Origin: Nitrosopumilaceae archaeon
GTDB taxonomy: Archaea > Thermoproteota > Nitrososphaeria > Nitrososphaerales > Nitrosopumilaceae
Assembly: GCA_965214835.1 (NCBI GenBank)
Contig: CBDCCK010000002.1
Coordinates: forward strand, 800,001-864,000
DNA length: 64,000 nt
Direction: 5' to 3'
Part shown: piece by piece, positions 32,294-43,306 of the stretch
Layout: the number at the start of each line of letters is the position of its first letter
Position numbering within the stretch: the stretch's first letter is position 1
Translations under genes and position numbers: made by a program
The notes under the pieces: model-generated
The model's input: only the letters and a program-made list of their open reading frames with translations
What the model was told of the DNA's origin: nothing
Databases searched by the model: none

Positions 32294-33532
32294 TTGCAAG
32301 TTGTGCTCAAGATAGGCCAGTTCATCTATCCATGGGGTGGCGGACACTACTCGCGAATGATGAGGCTGGATGACGAGCTGCCAGACTTTATCAGGGACGA
32401 TTTCGAGGTTCATTACTGCAGCAAGGATCACGTGTATCAAAAGCTGCTGGACAGGTTTCCCTCCAAGCGGGACAGGATCCACGAGATTCTGATGCCGACC
32501 CCGATTGACGGGGATTTTGGTCCGAGCATTACGCTGTCGATGATGAACCTGCTGGTGCCGGTATCAAACCAGCCGCCGCTCGTAAAGCAGATTGCAAGCT
32601 ACCTGAAAAAGGAGGGGAAGCTGTACGACAGGGAAAAATTCGACCTGGCCATCAATGACGGGGATATGGGCTCCAACATACTGGCAGACAGGAGGGGCAT
32701 CCCGAGCATGTTTGTGACAAACCAGTTCAAGCCAAGGCTGCACAAGTCAAGGGTTTGTTTTTATCCGTCGCTGGTATTCATTGCAAAGCAGATTTCACGC
32801 GCGACAAGGATCATCGTCGCAGACTCCCCGCCGCCATACACGATGTGCGAGTACAACCTGAACTTTACAAGAAGTGTCGAGGACAAGGTGGAGTATGTCG
32901 GTCATTTTACCGCAAAGAGGAGAAAAAACATCCGGCAGACCAGTCTTGGAAGGCTCATCGACGGGGAGGATTTCGGTTACTGGATGAGGACCGGAAACAG
33001 GTCAACAAACGATGCAACGGGGAGGAGATACGCGGATGTCTTCCGGCAGGATGAGATGCGCAGGGAGAAGAGGATCGTCTCGCACGCAAGGGATGATCCC
33101 TCGATAAACAGGGTGATGGGGGCAGATGGGGGGTCGTATTCCGTAGACGAGGCCCTGGAGAGAAAAATCGACTGGATTCAGATAGACGTTGGCTTTTTGA
33201 GCGATGATGAAAAGGATGCCGTCCTCTCGGGGTGCAAGTATGCGGTGGTAAACGGCTCGCATACCGTAATGGGCGAGATCATGGGCGACAAGTCCAAGCC
33301 CATAATCGGACTGCCGGTCTACGACGAGCACGTCAACCAGATCAGGTGGGCCCAGGAAAAAAACCTGGGCATGCTTGCAAACGACACGGGGCAGGTGCTT
33401 GCGGCAATATCAAGGATCAGGGAAGAGTATTCGGCGTTCGGGGACTCCCTGAGGGACTTTTCGAGGAATTTTGTGGGGGACGGGGCCCGCAACGCGGCCA
33501 GGATTGCCGCACAGATGCTGGACAAGACATAA
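32294..33532 (+). CDS. GT-B glycosyltransferase (GT28/MurG-like)
   Basis: GGGHYSR, NGSHTVMGE, EHVNQ. Confidence 0.8.
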   Translation: MQVVLKIGQFIYPWGGGHYSRMMRLDDELPDFIRDDFEVHYCSKDHVYQKLLDRFPSKRDRIHEILMPTPIDGDFGPSITLSMMNLLVPVSNQPPLVKQIASYLKKEGKLYDREKFDLAINDGDMGSNILADRRGIPSMFVTNQFKPRLHKSRVCFYPSLVFIAKQISRATRIIVADSPPPYTMCEYNLNFTRSVEDKVEYVGHFTAKRRKNIRQTSLGRLIDGEDFGYWMRTGNRSTNDATGRRYADVFRQDEMRREKRIVSHARDDPSINRVMGADGGSYSVDEALERKIDWIQIDVGFLSDDEKDAVLSGCKYAVVNGSHTVMGEIMGDKSKPIIGLPVYDEHVNQIRWAQEKNLGMLANDTGQVLAAISRIREEYSAFGDSLRDFSRNFVGDGARNAARIAAQMLDKT

Positions 33533-33764
33533 TAGATTTGATCCAGGTCTGGTATCTGTCTGGCATGCGGTGTTCGATGGGCGAACTGACCGAAAGGGAT
33601 GACGATACAATCCGTATGCCGGACGTGCCTGTTTTGTGCGAGGGTCCGGGCCCTCTCCCCGAGATGCGGCTCGAAAAGCACGGCCATAAAGGCCCCGATC
33701 GGCGGTGCCGCCCGGGGGTAAGATCCCGCTTGTCGTGGGAACGCTTTTATGGAAAAAATCTTGC

Positions 33765-34082
33765 ATGTCATCATTGCCTAACTGCCCGGAGTGTACGATG
33801 CGCGAAAAGAAAAAGGTTCAAGCAAGATACGAGGAGGACGTCCCCGATGAGGATCGGAGCAGGGATGATCTGTTCAAGCTGTTCGACGAGATAGAGTACC
33901 CGATGGAAATGGACAAGAGGACAAAGCACTTTATCTGCAAAAAGTGCGGCCTGTACGCGACAAGGGAGCAGGTGGGGGACATCAGGGAGAGGCTCAACAG
34001 AAGGGAGAGGACCAGGGAGGACAAGCATGACGACTATCTGAACTGGTGGCAGAAAAGCAAGAAAGACAAGATCGAAAACTAA
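33765..34082 (+). CDS. Zn-finger-like hypothetical protein
   Basis: CPEC…CKKC. Confidence 0.75.
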   Translation: MSSLPNCPECTMREKKKVQARYEEDVPDEDRSRDDLFKLFDEIEYPMEMDKRTKHFICKKCGLYATREQVGDIRERLNRRERTREDKHDDYLNWWQKSKKDKIEN

Positions 34083-34094
34083 CCGTGATTTTTT

Positions 34095-34484
34095 ATGGCC
34101 AAGAAGAAAGACGAGATTCCAGACTGGGTTTCCGACGAGATACAAAACGCAAAGTTTGAGAGTCCGAGGACGGAGACGAGAACCGGGTATATCCTGGAAA
34201 TCTACGAGCCTGACGGCAAGATGGACGTCCAGCTGTACGAGCCCGTGGAGGACGGGCGGCACATCGTGACGGTGGATCTCAAGGACGTCAGGCCCGGGGA
34301 CCTGCAGAGGGGGGTCGTCTATGCGTTCACCTTTGATCAGCTGAGGGCGCCGCTCGGCGACAGGGTAGTCGAGTACCTGCAAAGGGAGAAGGAGATCGAC
34401 ATGCAGGCGATCTATCAGTTCGAGCTGAGGGGCCTGGAGCTCATAGACGAGGGCTCGGACCAGGCCGCATCCGGCGGCAAATGA
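34095..34484 (+). CDS. Hypothetical protein
   Basis: ORF directly following the previous gene. Confidence 0.75.
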   Translation: MAKKKDEIPDWVSDEIQNAKFESPRTETRTGYILEIYEPDGKMDVQLYEPVEDGRHIVTVDLKDVRPGDLQRGVVYAFTFDQLRAPLGDRVVEYLQREKEIDMQAIYQFELRGLELIDEGSDQAASGGK

Positions 34485-35279
34485 TCACCCGGATTCCTCC
34501 AGCTGTCTTCGAAACGACCTTCCCATGAGGTGATTGACGGCAAACGGTACGGTGTGCTTTAGCCACACCGCCCCCCTGACCGCAGACGGTACGATGATTT
34601 CCAGGCGGGGCGACGATGCCGCCCTCACCACTGCCCTTGCAACGGTCTCGGGACTGAGCGATGCGGGGGAGTATCTCGGCATCCCTTCAAACGACGGGCC
34701 GTCAAAGAACTCGGTCCTGACCATTATCGGACTGACCACCGTCACCCCCACGCCGGTCCCGTGCAGCTCGTGCTTTAGCCCCTCGGAGAATCCGAGCATT
34801 GCAAACTTTGATGCGCAGTATGGGGCGATTCCGGGCAGTCCGAAGCTTGCGGCCACGGACGCCACGTTGACGATGTGGCCGGAGTTCTGCCCAAGGAGCG
34901 CGGGAAGGAAGTTCTTGGTACAGTATACCATTCCGAGGTAGTTTGTGTCCATCTGGGACTCGATGTCCTCGATTGACATGTCCGATACGGGGCCGTATAC
35001 CGCAAAACCCGCATTGTTTACCAGGACGTCTATGCCCCCGAATCTCTCGAGGACCTGATCGCTCATGAACCTCACCTGCGCCTTGTCTGAGACATCGCAG
35101 GGGACGGCCAGGACCTCTATACCGTACCTGCCAAGCTCCCCCTCAACCCGTGCAAGCCTCTCCCCCCTCCTGGCAACCAGCACCAGCCTGGAGCCTCTCC
35201 TGGCAAACTCGACTGCAGCCGCCCTTCCGATTCCGCTTGAGGCGCCGGTTATGACGACGACCTTGTTTTTAAAATCCAA
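34485..35279 (-). CDS. Short-chain dehydrogenase/reductase
   Basis: TGASSGIG, NNAG, YCASK. Confidence 0.95.
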   Translation of the reverse strand: MDFKNKVVVITGASSGIGRAAAVEFARRGSRLVLVARRGERLARVEGELGRYGIEVLAVPCDVSDKAQVRFMSDQVLERFGGIDVLVNNAGFAVYGPVSDMSIEDIESQMDTNYLGMVYCTKNFLPALLGQNSGHIVNVASVAASFGLPGIAPYCASKFAMLGFSEGLKHELHGTGVGVTVVSPIMVRTEFFDGPSFEGMPRYSPASLSPETVARAVVRAASSPRLEIIVPSAVRGAVWLKHTVPFAVNHLMGRSFRRQLEESG

Positions 35280-35288
35280 GACCTCCCC

Positions 35289-36305
35289 CTACGCCACCGG
35301 CTCCCTGTCGTATCTTGTCAGTGCCAGCCTTATCAGGAGGAACCAAGTCACGCCTATCGGGACGTAGTATGTCGCAATCCTCCACGCGATTACGGCGTTC
35401 CACTCGATCGTCCGCTCCACCGCGCCAAAGTCAAACGGGTTGAGGTCGTTCAGATAGGCCACGATTCCAAACTCGGCCAGGCCCGAGCCGCCCACGGTAA
35501 TCGGCAGGTTCCCAATCGCGTTGGCGCCCATGACGGCCATGACGGAGTCAAACGCGCCGATGTGGTATCCGATTCCCGATGCTATGATCATAAACGAGAT
35601 TCCGTAGAATATCCACGAGGCCATGGACATTGCAAAGCTCTTGGCAAAGACGTCCTTGGACTCTCTTTTGTGGAGGTTCTCCCTGCTCATCGTACAGATC
35701 TCCTCCATCCACATGTTTGACTGCTCGATGTACCTCCTGCCCTTCTCCTTGCCGAACCTTTCGGTCAGGCCCGCGATCACCCCCGGAACCTGGAACGTCC
35801 GCTTTGAGGACAGGAAGAACAGCGCCATCCAGAGGGTGGTGACAAACACGCTCGTTCCCAGGATTACTATGCCGACTACATATGCGCCGTGGACCAGCGC
35901 AATGACTCCGGCGATTATCGACAGGATTCCCCCGGCCAGTACCTCAGTCACGATGTCCAAGATTGCGACCCACATGGCCTTTGAGGGCTGGATCCCCTTC
36001 TTGTGCATCCAGTAGATCACGACGAATTCGGCACCTACAAACATCGGGGTTGTAAACTTGATGAACTCGCTGCCCACCCTGACGCCCGCCATCCTCCACA
36101 CGGAGTCTATGCCCCCAAGGTAGTGCCTGGCTATATAGCTGAACTTGAAGCCCTGGATTGCAAGCTTTGCCATCATTGCAAAGACCGCCGCGGCAAACGG
36201 AACGGCGCCGATTGCAAACACGTCCTCGGCCCGGATGTCAAACTGGATCGCGATGATTATGATCGGTATCATGCTTGCAGGGATGGCCGCTATTCTCCAG
36301 TTCAT
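35289..36305 (-). CDS. UPF0104/flippase-like membrane protein
   Basis: TP…GAE, PITVGGSGLAE, WRIATYY. Confidence 0.85.
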   Translation of the reverse strand: MNWRIAAIPASMIPIIIIAIQFDIRAEDVFAIGAVPFAAAVFAMMAKLAIQGFKFSYIARHYLGGIDSVWRMAGVRVGSEFIKFTTPMFVGAEFVVIYWMHKKGIQPSKAMWVAILDIVTEVLAGGILSIIAGVIALVHGAYVVGIVILGTSVFVTTLWMALFFLSSKRTFQVPGVIAGLTERFGKEKGRRYIEQSNMWMEEICTMSRENLHKRESKDVFAKSFAMSMASWIFYGISFMIIASGIGYHIGAFDSVMAVMGANAIGNLPITVGGSGLAEFGIVAYLNDLNPFDFGAVERTIEWNAVIAWRIATYYVPIGVTWFLLIRLALTRYDREPVA

Positions 36306-36790
36306 TTACCATCTTTTCATGGATTCAAATATGAAAGTTGGCCAAATTTTATTGGTTTAGCTCCGGCTAAATTTTTTTAACTCTAAACGGGATCGTGCCT
36401 AAATCAGGCGGCGGGTTGTTTCAAGGTCGCCGTTAGATGCCCGGGTATTGAAGGCGCAATCTTCCCCAAACGTACCTGGCTCACGGCAGTGCATACGGCG
36501 ACATGCGGATTTGCAAGCGGCCTGATTTGAATTGTTTCGAAATTTGGAGCCGTTTTATTGTGTACTTTCGGGAAGACTGAACATCGCGCTCACTACGTGT
36601 AAACGCGCAGGACAGACTACATTGGCTAGACCCACACTGTTTTAGGAACAAAATTGGTTTCAGATTTTATTCAGCAGTGTAATTGAGTTGAATAATTAGC
36701 TCCAAAATTTAATGAAAATAAAAAACAAAAATTAAAAATAGTCGACACCATGTTGATCATATCATGCAATTAGCTTTTGATGACCATTAC

Positions 36791-37310
36791 ATGAGAACAC
36801 TGCCTGATCTTGTACAACCCGGAATGAAAGCTGTATTCGTCGGAACAAATCCCGGCGAAGTCAGCGCAAATAGGACATTATTTTGCAGGTAATAGCAACA
36901 TGTTTTGGAAATTATTATACGAATCCAATCTGACGGAAGAGCGACTAACAACAGAATCAGATAGAATGCTGGCTGCATGTGGTTACGGGCTAACAGATGT
37001 AGTAAAACAGCCTACACGTTCAACATCAGATCTACGAAGAGACGATGGAAATGGCGCAAGAAGTCGTCTGGATTCCATAATAGCGAAAAATAAGCCTGAA
37101 ATAGTTGCATTTGTTGGCAAAACCGGTTTCAGATGCTATCTTGATGAAAATGACAAGCCTGTCAAGTATGGCATACAAAAACTTAAAATTGCAGAATCTT
37201 CCGTATATCTTCTTCCATCTACCAGTGGTCAGAGTTACGCAGATACAAGATATAAAGAAAAATTATTTTGGTATAGAAAATTAAAAAACTACATCATGAA
37301 TATCCTCTAA
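36791..37310 (+). pseudogene. Mug/TDG-family uracil-DNA glycosylase, frameshift near 36870
   Basis: LPD…VFVGTNPG | GHYFAG.SNMFW, GLTDVVK, LPSTSG. Confidence 0.85.
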
Positions 37311-37584
37311 ATTGAGGGAGTTCTTGGTACAGCGACAAAATGTTTTGTGAGAGTTTGTTCTGCCATGCCAGTAAAAAATCCGAATAAACAAAATGTGAAG
37401 CCAATCATTAGGACGCCAGGGTTGTCCAACTTTTGCCAGACGGTGCCCGTCCGCCTCGCCTCGTCCCCCGGATGTGGGCGGTTCCGGACGCCGTACGGGA
37501 TGTTTTTGGACGTTGGGCGGTCTCCGACGGCCGGAACAGTACAAACAGCAATGCAAATATCCATGTGAGCCATACCTTGCGGTA

Positions 37585-37672
37585 TAGTACATGCATCAAA
37601 AATTGCAACATAATTTTGACATATCGTGCCTATTTCGATAAGAAAATATCCCATTTTCAACTGTGCGCATTA
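37585..37672. mobile_element. MITE family D (TA-flanked)
   Basis: TAGTACATGCATCAAAAATTGCAAC…ATTTTCAACTGTGCGCATTA. Confidence 0.65.
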
Positions 37673-37843
37673 CATCAAGTACTATAACGAACGTAGGCTG
37701 CACTTTGGGCCGGACATAGCCAACCGCCAGACGCCCATCATGGCGTTCTCGGACAAGACGGCCACGGATGCGATCAGGAAATCCGACCCAAAATGGAGGG
37801 GAGGGACACCAATGACTAGCGAACCTAATTTTCATATAACACA
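37673..37843 (+). mobile_element. IS481 right-end remnant
   Basis: YYNERRLH; …CATATAACACA. Confidence 0.8.
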
Positions 37844-37854
37844 TTACACTAAAG

Positions 37855-37947
37855 GTACGGGGTCACCTACCCTCATCAGCCAGGCACGAATCAGCATGCA
37901 TGATTGTGATTTTCGTGCCTAGATAGCAGGGGGACGTGACCACATAC
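37855..37947. mobile_element. MITE family C (GTA…TAC ends)
   Basis: TIR GTACGGGGTCAC / GTGACCACATAC; perfect 8-bp TSD CACTAAAG. Confidence 0.9.
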
Positions 37948-37996
37948 CACTAAAGGCCTCAAGGCTTTTTATACCACCACTCGTTATGTTAACAAG

Positions 37997-38476
37997 TTGA
38001 CCCTGCCTGGCAAACTAGCAGTTTTGTTCCAGACAATAGGTAAAGATCCATCCATGAAACAATTTGATGACAAGCTCAAGGTTCAGAAGATCGTTTATCT
38101 CGCCCAAGAATATGGTGTTGATTTTGGATATGCGTTTGCATGGAATAGAAGGGGACCGTATTGCAAGCAGGTATCAGAACACGCACATACGATCTTGGAT
38201 TCTGATGTCGGTATTGACGCTCAGTTCGAAAATGAAAATAAAGAAAAGCTGCAAAAATTTGTAGCAGTAATGAAGCCTTACCTTGATGAGACTGATTGGC
38301 TGGAGATTGCAGCATCATTAGTATATCTGCGAAAGGATAGCTATGAAGGCATGGAGCTAGATCGGATAATTGGGTATCTTATCGAAGACTTGACATACGG
38401 ATATAAGAACTTCAATGAGACACTAGTAAGAGGCGTGATTGCTGAAATGTTAAGCATGGGGATTTTTACGCGATAA
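37997..38476 (+). CDS. YwgA/DUF4065(Panacea)-like protein
   Basis: KVQKIVYLAQ, Y.F.W..RGPYC, WLEIAASLVYL. Confidence 0.75.
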   Translation: MTLPGKLAVLFQTIGKDPSMKQFDDKLKVQKIVYLAQEYGVDFGYAFAWNRRGPYCKQVSEHAHTILDSDVGIDAQFENENKEKLQKFVAVMKPYLDETDWLEIAASLVYLRKDSYEGMELDRIIGYLIEDLTYGYKNFNETLVRGVIAEMLSMGIFTR

Positions 38477-39039
38477 GAATATGAGATCGCCTCCCCCAAC
38501 AGTCTTCCCAGAGGTTCCCTACAAAGCGGCTTCAAACTCGAAGCGGTCCAAGCAAAGCTGCCTACAGATCCGCATATGATCGTCTGCACCCCCACGAGTC
38601 GGTTACTGGGAAGACTGCGATAAGGGTTCTGTGTAAAATTGGGGATATGGAATTTCACCGTCTCTGGATCATGTCGATGGTTCGGGGCTTGACGGTGAAG
38701 AGGTGCTCCCTGACACGTATCGCATTGCGTCAGAACACAGGAGCGGCAATGCGCTATGCCGGATCTCGCTGTACAGACTACCGCGCTGCGTCCAAATGCC
38801 AAGTATGCGACTGTTTTCAGTCTGCTGATTTGGAACCGGGATCTGTTCTTGCAGTATCTGACATGGCAGGGCCCAAGGCCGAGCTGGTACGGCCGGAATG
38901 TGACCTGGGATCTGTTGGTGGTTTGGAAGAAAACCCAGATCTCGTGAATTTAACGGCGAAAATCCCATGGTCACGTATTCTCAAGCGTCAGAATTGTTAG
39001 TTTGAAATATAGGCCAATAATGAACAATATGGCAGTAGA

Positions 39040-39798
39040 TTGAAGTCAATTTTTGTAACCGGGACGGCAGGCTCGGGAAAATCACTCCTGTCCTCAAAGC
39101 TCCACGAGTATTATACCAAAAACGGCGCATTTTCTGCCGTACTGAACCTGGATCCCGGCGTTGAGAGCCTGCCCTACACCCCGGACGTTGACGTAAGGGA
39201 TCATGTTGACCTAGTCTCGATAATGAAGCAGTATGACCTAGGGCCCAACGGCGCATTAATCATGGCAAGTGACCTGATTGCGTCAAAGTTTGACGGCATA
39301 CACGACCAGGTACAGGGCGTGAATCCGGACTATCTGATTGTGGATACGCCCGGACAGATTGAACTGTTTGCATACAGATCAAGCGGCCCCTTCATTCTGG
39401 ACAGCATAATGTCAGATGAGAGGACGTCGGTCTTTCTTTTCGACGGGGCGCTGATCACTGCGCCGGTAAACTTTGTCTCAGTTGCACTGCTTGCAACATC
39501 AATCAGGCTGAGGCTGAACTTGCCGACAATCAATGCGGTTACAAAATCGGATCTCATCGGAGATAGGCTAGGTGAGATTCTAAGGTGGACGACGAACCTC
39601 AGGGCACTGGAGGATGCAATTTCCGAGCATGCCGACGGTGATACCTATACCCTGACTACAAGTATTTTGAGGGGAATGAACCTGGGAGGTTTTGCACAGG
39701 GGCTGATTCCGATATCAAATGTTACCGGCGAGGGCATGACTAACCTAGAGGGCGCACTAAGCAGAACCATAAATCTAGGCGAGGAGGTGGAAGACTGA
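39040..39798 (+). CDS. GPN-loop GTPase
   Basis: GTAGSGKS, NLDPG, LGPNGAL, DTPGQIELF. Confidence 0.95.
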   Translation: MKSIFVTGTAGSGKSLLSSKLHEYYTKNGAFSAVLNLDPGVESLPYTPDVDVRDHVDLVSIMKQYDLGPNGALIMASDLIASKFDGIHDQVQGVNPDYLIVDTPGQIELFAYRSSGPFILDSIMSDERTSVFLFDGALITAPVNFVSVALLATSIRLRLNLPTINAVTKSDLIGDRLGEILRWTTNLRALEDAISEHADGDTYTLTTSILRGMNLGGFAQGLIPISNVTGEGMTNLEGALSRTINLGEEVED

Positions 39799-40727
39799 TG
39801 GCAGACAGCATTACGACAAGGGCCCCGTCATCTACTGCAAACCTGGGTCCCGGCTTTGACGTGTTCGGCCTTGCCGTAAATGCGTTTTATGACACCGTAA
39901 CTGTTACAAAGAAAGGGCGAGGGGGAATCACGATCATGTCGGGGGATGACGTGCCTTCCGCAGTATCAAAAAACACCGCCGGGCTGGTAGCCCGGAGCAT
40001 CGCAAAAAAATTCAGGATCAGGTCAGGCTTGGAAATTAAAATCAAGAAGGGGGTTCCCGCCGGACTTGGCATGGGCAGCAGCGCCGCATCTGCTGCCGCA
40101 GCTGCCGTGGCCATGAACGGGTTATTCGGGTTGAAAATGTCCGATAACGAGCTGGTGGAGTCTGCAGGAACGGGTGAAAAGGCCTCGGCAGGCGCGATTC
40201 ATTACGACAATGTCGCAGCCTCTGTGCTAGGAGGCTTTGTAATTGTAAGGACAGACCCGCTGGACGTAATCAAGGTTCGGCCGCCGCCTGACTTGGTAAT
40301 GTGCGTGGCCATGCCAAAACTCGAGGTTCCCAAGAGAAAGACCATGGTCTCAAGAGGCGCAATCCCGTCCAGGGTGCCGCTGAGGGACTCGATAGCCAAC
40401 CTCTCAAATGCAAGCTCGATCGTTGCAGGATTTCTCAGAAAAGACCCTGTAATCATAGGAAGCTCGGTTCGGGACGTGATCGTAGAGCCGGCAAGAAAAC
40501 ACATGATTCCGGGATTTGACAGGGTAAAGAAAAACGCGATAAAGGCCGGGGCCCTGGGGGCAACGATCAGCGGGGCGGGGCCCTCGGTCATCGCGTTTTG
40601 CGGGCCCAAGTCAAGCACAGAAAAAATTGCCAGGGCGATGGAGCTCGGATTTGATTCGGCAGGAACAGAGTCCCGGGCGGTGATCTGCAGGCCCAGCACG
40701 GGTGCCAAGATAGTCAGACGGGGGTAG
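39798..40727 (+). CDS. thrB: Homoserine kinase
   Basis: ANLGPGFD, GMGSSAAS, HYDNVA, SGAGPS. Confidence 0.96.
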   Translation: MADSITTRAPSSTANLGPGFDVFGLAVNAFYDTVTVTKKGRGGITIMSGDDVPSAVSKNTAGLVARSIAKKFRIRSGLEIKIKKGVPAGLGMGSSAASAAAAAVAMNGLFGLKMSDNELVESAGTGEKASAGAIHYDNVAASVLGGFVIVRTDPLDVIKVRPPPDLVMCVAMPKLEVPKRKTMVSRGAIPSRVPLRDSIANLSNASSIVAGFLRKDPVIIGSSVRDVIVEPARKHMIPGFDRVKKNAIKAGALGATISGAGPSVIAFCGPKSSTEKIARAMELGFDSAGTESRAVICRPSTGAKIVRRG

Positions 40728-40737
40728 GTTTTGCGAG

Positions 40738-41415
40738 TTGGTCAGAAGGGCGGTAATCATATTCAGCGGGGGAATGGACTCGGCCTGCTATGCCTCGCAG
40801 CTGGGGAAAAAATACGACCTGTACGGGATCACGTTTTCCTACGGGCAAAAGGCAGGCCAGGAGATCAGGACTGCAAAAAGATTTGCAAAAAAGATCGGGT
40901 TAAAAAGGCACAGGGTTGTGGATATCGGGTTCATGAAAGAGCTCTACGGGGATACGAACGTCCTGACGGGCCCCAGCAGGAAAATTCCCGGAAAATTCGA
41001 GTATTCCATAGTGGTTCCGATCCGAAACGCCATATTCCTCACGATTGCGGCTGCATGGGCATATACGCTCAATGCGTCAATAGTAGCATATGGCGCGCAT
41101 ACCGGGGATGCCCATTATCCGGACTGCAGGCCGGGATTTGCAGCAAAGATCCAGGACGCGCTAAACGAGGGGGAGGTTGACGGGATCAAGATGGGAATCA
41201 GGCGGCCGGTCAAGGTTCTGTCCCCCTATATTGAAGGGTATTCAAAGAGCGACCTGATAAGACTAGGATACGGGAACCTGGGGGACGGGATTTTCAAGAC
41301 GTGGAGCTGCTATGCGGATAAAAGCGCGCATTGTGGCAGGTGTGAATCGTGCAACAACAGAAAAAGCGCCTTTAAGAGCCTGGATCTCGTTGACAAGACG
41401 GCATACTTGGGCTAG
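40738..41415 (+). CDS. queC: 7-cyano-7-deazaguanine synthase
   Basis: SGGMDS, VPIRN, YPDCR, CGRCESC. Confidence 0.95.
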   Translation: MVRRAVIIFSGGMDSACYASQLGKKYDLYGITFSYGQKAGQEIRTAKRFAKKIGLKRHRVVDIGFMKELYGDTNVLTGPSRKIPGKFEYSIVVPIRNAIFLTIAAAWAYTLNASIVAYGAHTGDAHYPDCRPGFAAKIQDALNEGEVDGIKMGIRRPVKVLSPYIEGYSKSDLIRLGYGNLGDGIFKTWSCYADKSAHCGRCESCNNRKSAFKSLDLVDKTAYLG

Positions 41416-41669
41416 CCCGCATAGCGGTTTCCAAGAATCGGTTTTTTGAAGACTAGTGCGCGCAGGATCAGATACCATCCGATGAATATCCCGCCGACGA
41501 TTCCAAAGAACACCCAGTTTTGCACGTCGGGGGCAAGTCCCTCGATGGAGCCTACGATCTCCCGTGAGACCAGCATGGAGACTGCCAGTACGATTCCAAA
41601 CTCGATTGCATACCAGGTCCAGACCGGCCAGGATTCCTTTGGGATGTGAACGTTGTTGTGTGCCCCCAT
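41412..41669 (-). CDS. Small membrane protein
   Basis: Two TM segments. Confidence 0.7.
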   Translation of the reverse strand: MGAHNNVHIPKESWPVWTWYAIEFGIVLAVSMLVSREIVGSIEGLAPDVQNWVFFGIVGGIFIGWYLILRALVFKKPILGNRYAG

Positions 41670-41710
41670 TGGTCTTGCTCTAAGAAAAAGGGTATTTAAT
41701 TTTTGACTGC

Positions 41711-42262
41711 CTAGATCGGGGCATTAGGCTTGCGGATCATTGCCAATACGCCCTCCTTCTCCTCCCGGTTCTCATAAATGCCTCGAAACGCCGACGAGGT
41801 CATCCTAGCGTCGTTTCTGACGCCGCGCATCTTCATGCACAGGTGCTCTGCATCGGCGACTACGACCACGCCCTTTACGCCCTGGCCGTAAAGCTCGTCT
41901 GCAATGTTTTTTGTCAGACGCTCTTGGATTTGCAGTCTTTTTGCATATTTTTCCACTAGGCGTACGAGTTTTGATATTCCAAATACCCTGCCGTTTGGGG
42001 AGTATGCGATGTGGATTTTTCCAAAGAAGGGCAGCATGTGGTGCTCGCACATTGAGTAAAACTGTATGTCCTTTGCCACCACGACGTCGGAATCCTCGGA
42101 GAACTGGACGGACAGCTCAGAGTCAGACTCGTATCCGCTAAAGATCTCGTTATACATGCTGGCCATGCGCCGGGGCGTTTCGCGCAGCCCCTCACGGGTC
42201 GGATCCTCGCCCAGCTCAATGATTAGCTCCCTGACGAGTTTTTTGACCCTGTCCTCATCCAT
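41711..42262 (-). CDS. folE: GTP cyclohydrolase I
   Basis: CEHHMLPF, QIQERLT, HLCMKMRG. Confidence 0.96.
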   Translation of the reverse strand: MDEDRVKKLVRELIIELGEDPTREGLRETPRRMASMYNEIFSGYESDSELSVQFSEDSDVVVAKDIQFYSMCEHHMLPFFGKIHIAYSPNGRVFGISKLVRLVEKYAKRLQIQERLTKNIADELYGQGVKGVVVVADAEHLCMKMRGVRNDARMTSSAFRGIYENREEKEGVLAMIRKPNAPI

Positions 42263-42320
42263 GTGATCTATTCAGGATTCCGGTGCTATTTGAAGCTAAG
42301 CCGCCTCTTGCACGGGTGCC

Positions 42321-43031
42321 CTAGGGGGCGCCAATGAGCTTGTGCAGCTGCGGAACAATGCGCACGTCGGGATATCTCGGGTATGCCAAATCATAAAACT
42401 CCATCAGCTGTCCAAGCGGGGGCTCCTCTGTCCCGTACGTGGGCTGTATGACAAAGCCCGAGATGCCGCCTGTCGTGACGTCAAAGACCCTGCCTGCAAG
42501 ATCCTCAAAGTCATCTGGGGTGGTTCTGGCGCTCACGACAATCTTGACGTAGGTCCGCTTTTGGGAGGATATTGCGCTCCTGAGGCACGCTACGGCGTTT
42601 TCTATCAGGCCGTCATAATGCCTGTCGTCTGCAAATTCAGAGTCGCGTGTCTTCAGCTCGATTTTTGCAATGTCGATAAACGGCAGCACGTGATCAAACC
42701 TTGCAGAGTCAAAGCATGAGGATTCAAGGTAGGTTGGAACCCCCCTGGACTGTACGTGTCTGGCCAGCTCTGCCACGGCCCGGTGCTGCAGCAGCGGATC
42801 GCCCCCGGTGAAGTTCACCTTGAACGTGTTTTGTACAAGGCTGTCATCGATGAGCCTGCAGGCCGAATCCACGTCATACTCGGTGCCAGAGTCAGGAGGC
42901 AGGGCCTCGGCAGTATCGCAGTAAAAGCACGTGAACGGACATCCTGCCAGCCTTACAAAAAGCGTCTTGGTTCCGTAAAACAGCCCCTCGCCCTCGACGG
43001 ACGTGAATACCTCAAACAGTCTGACCTTCAA
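42321..43031 (-). CDS. queE: 7-carboxy-7-deazaguanine synthase (radical SAM)
   Basis: EGEG, CPFTCFYCD, TGGDPL, PQLHK. Confidence 0.94.
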   Translation of the reverse strand: MKVRLFEVFTSVEGEGLFYGTKTLFVRLAGCPFTCFYCDTAEALPPDSGTEYDVDSACRLIDDSLVQNTFKVNFTGGDPLLQHRAVAELARHVQSRGVPTYLESSCFDSARFDHVLPFIDIAKIELKTRDSEFADDRHYDGLIENAVACLRSAISSQKRTYVKIVVSARTTPDDFEDLAGRVFDVTTGGISGFVIQPTYGTEEPPLGQLMEFYDLAYPRYPDVRIVPQLHKLIGAP

Positions 43032-43072
43032 GCAGCTTGTATGGGACTCCTCGTTATTTATTCAGTGGTTTT

Positions 43073-43267
43073 CTAGTGCATCACGGGTTCCTTGGTATAG
43101 AACAGTCCCGCAATAAAGAAGACGACTCCCAGAATTCCAATCAGGCTGCCAACGAATTCCACCGTCGAGCCCATCTCAGGCTCGGCTGGCGCCCACAGCA
43201 TCGCCATGAGTGCGCCAACGGCAATCATCGGAATGCCCACGCCGGCAGTAATGGGCTTGGAGGCCAT
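43073..43267 (-). CDS. Small 2-TM protein
   Basis: Hydrophobic 64-aa ORF. Confidence 0.7.
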   Translation of the reverse strand: MASKPITAGVGIPMIAVGALMAMLWAPAEPEMGSTVEFVGSLIGILGVVFFIAGLFYTKEPVMH

Positions 43268-43306
43268 GCTCAGGGTCTCTGGAAAATGTATATGAAGCTT
43301 GTGACG

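Noticed and set aside
40738-43031. queC/folE/queE as a Dpd 7-deazaguanine DNA-modification system
   Set aside because: Core-like composition and context, no dpdA; consistent with preQ0/archaeosine tRNA modification
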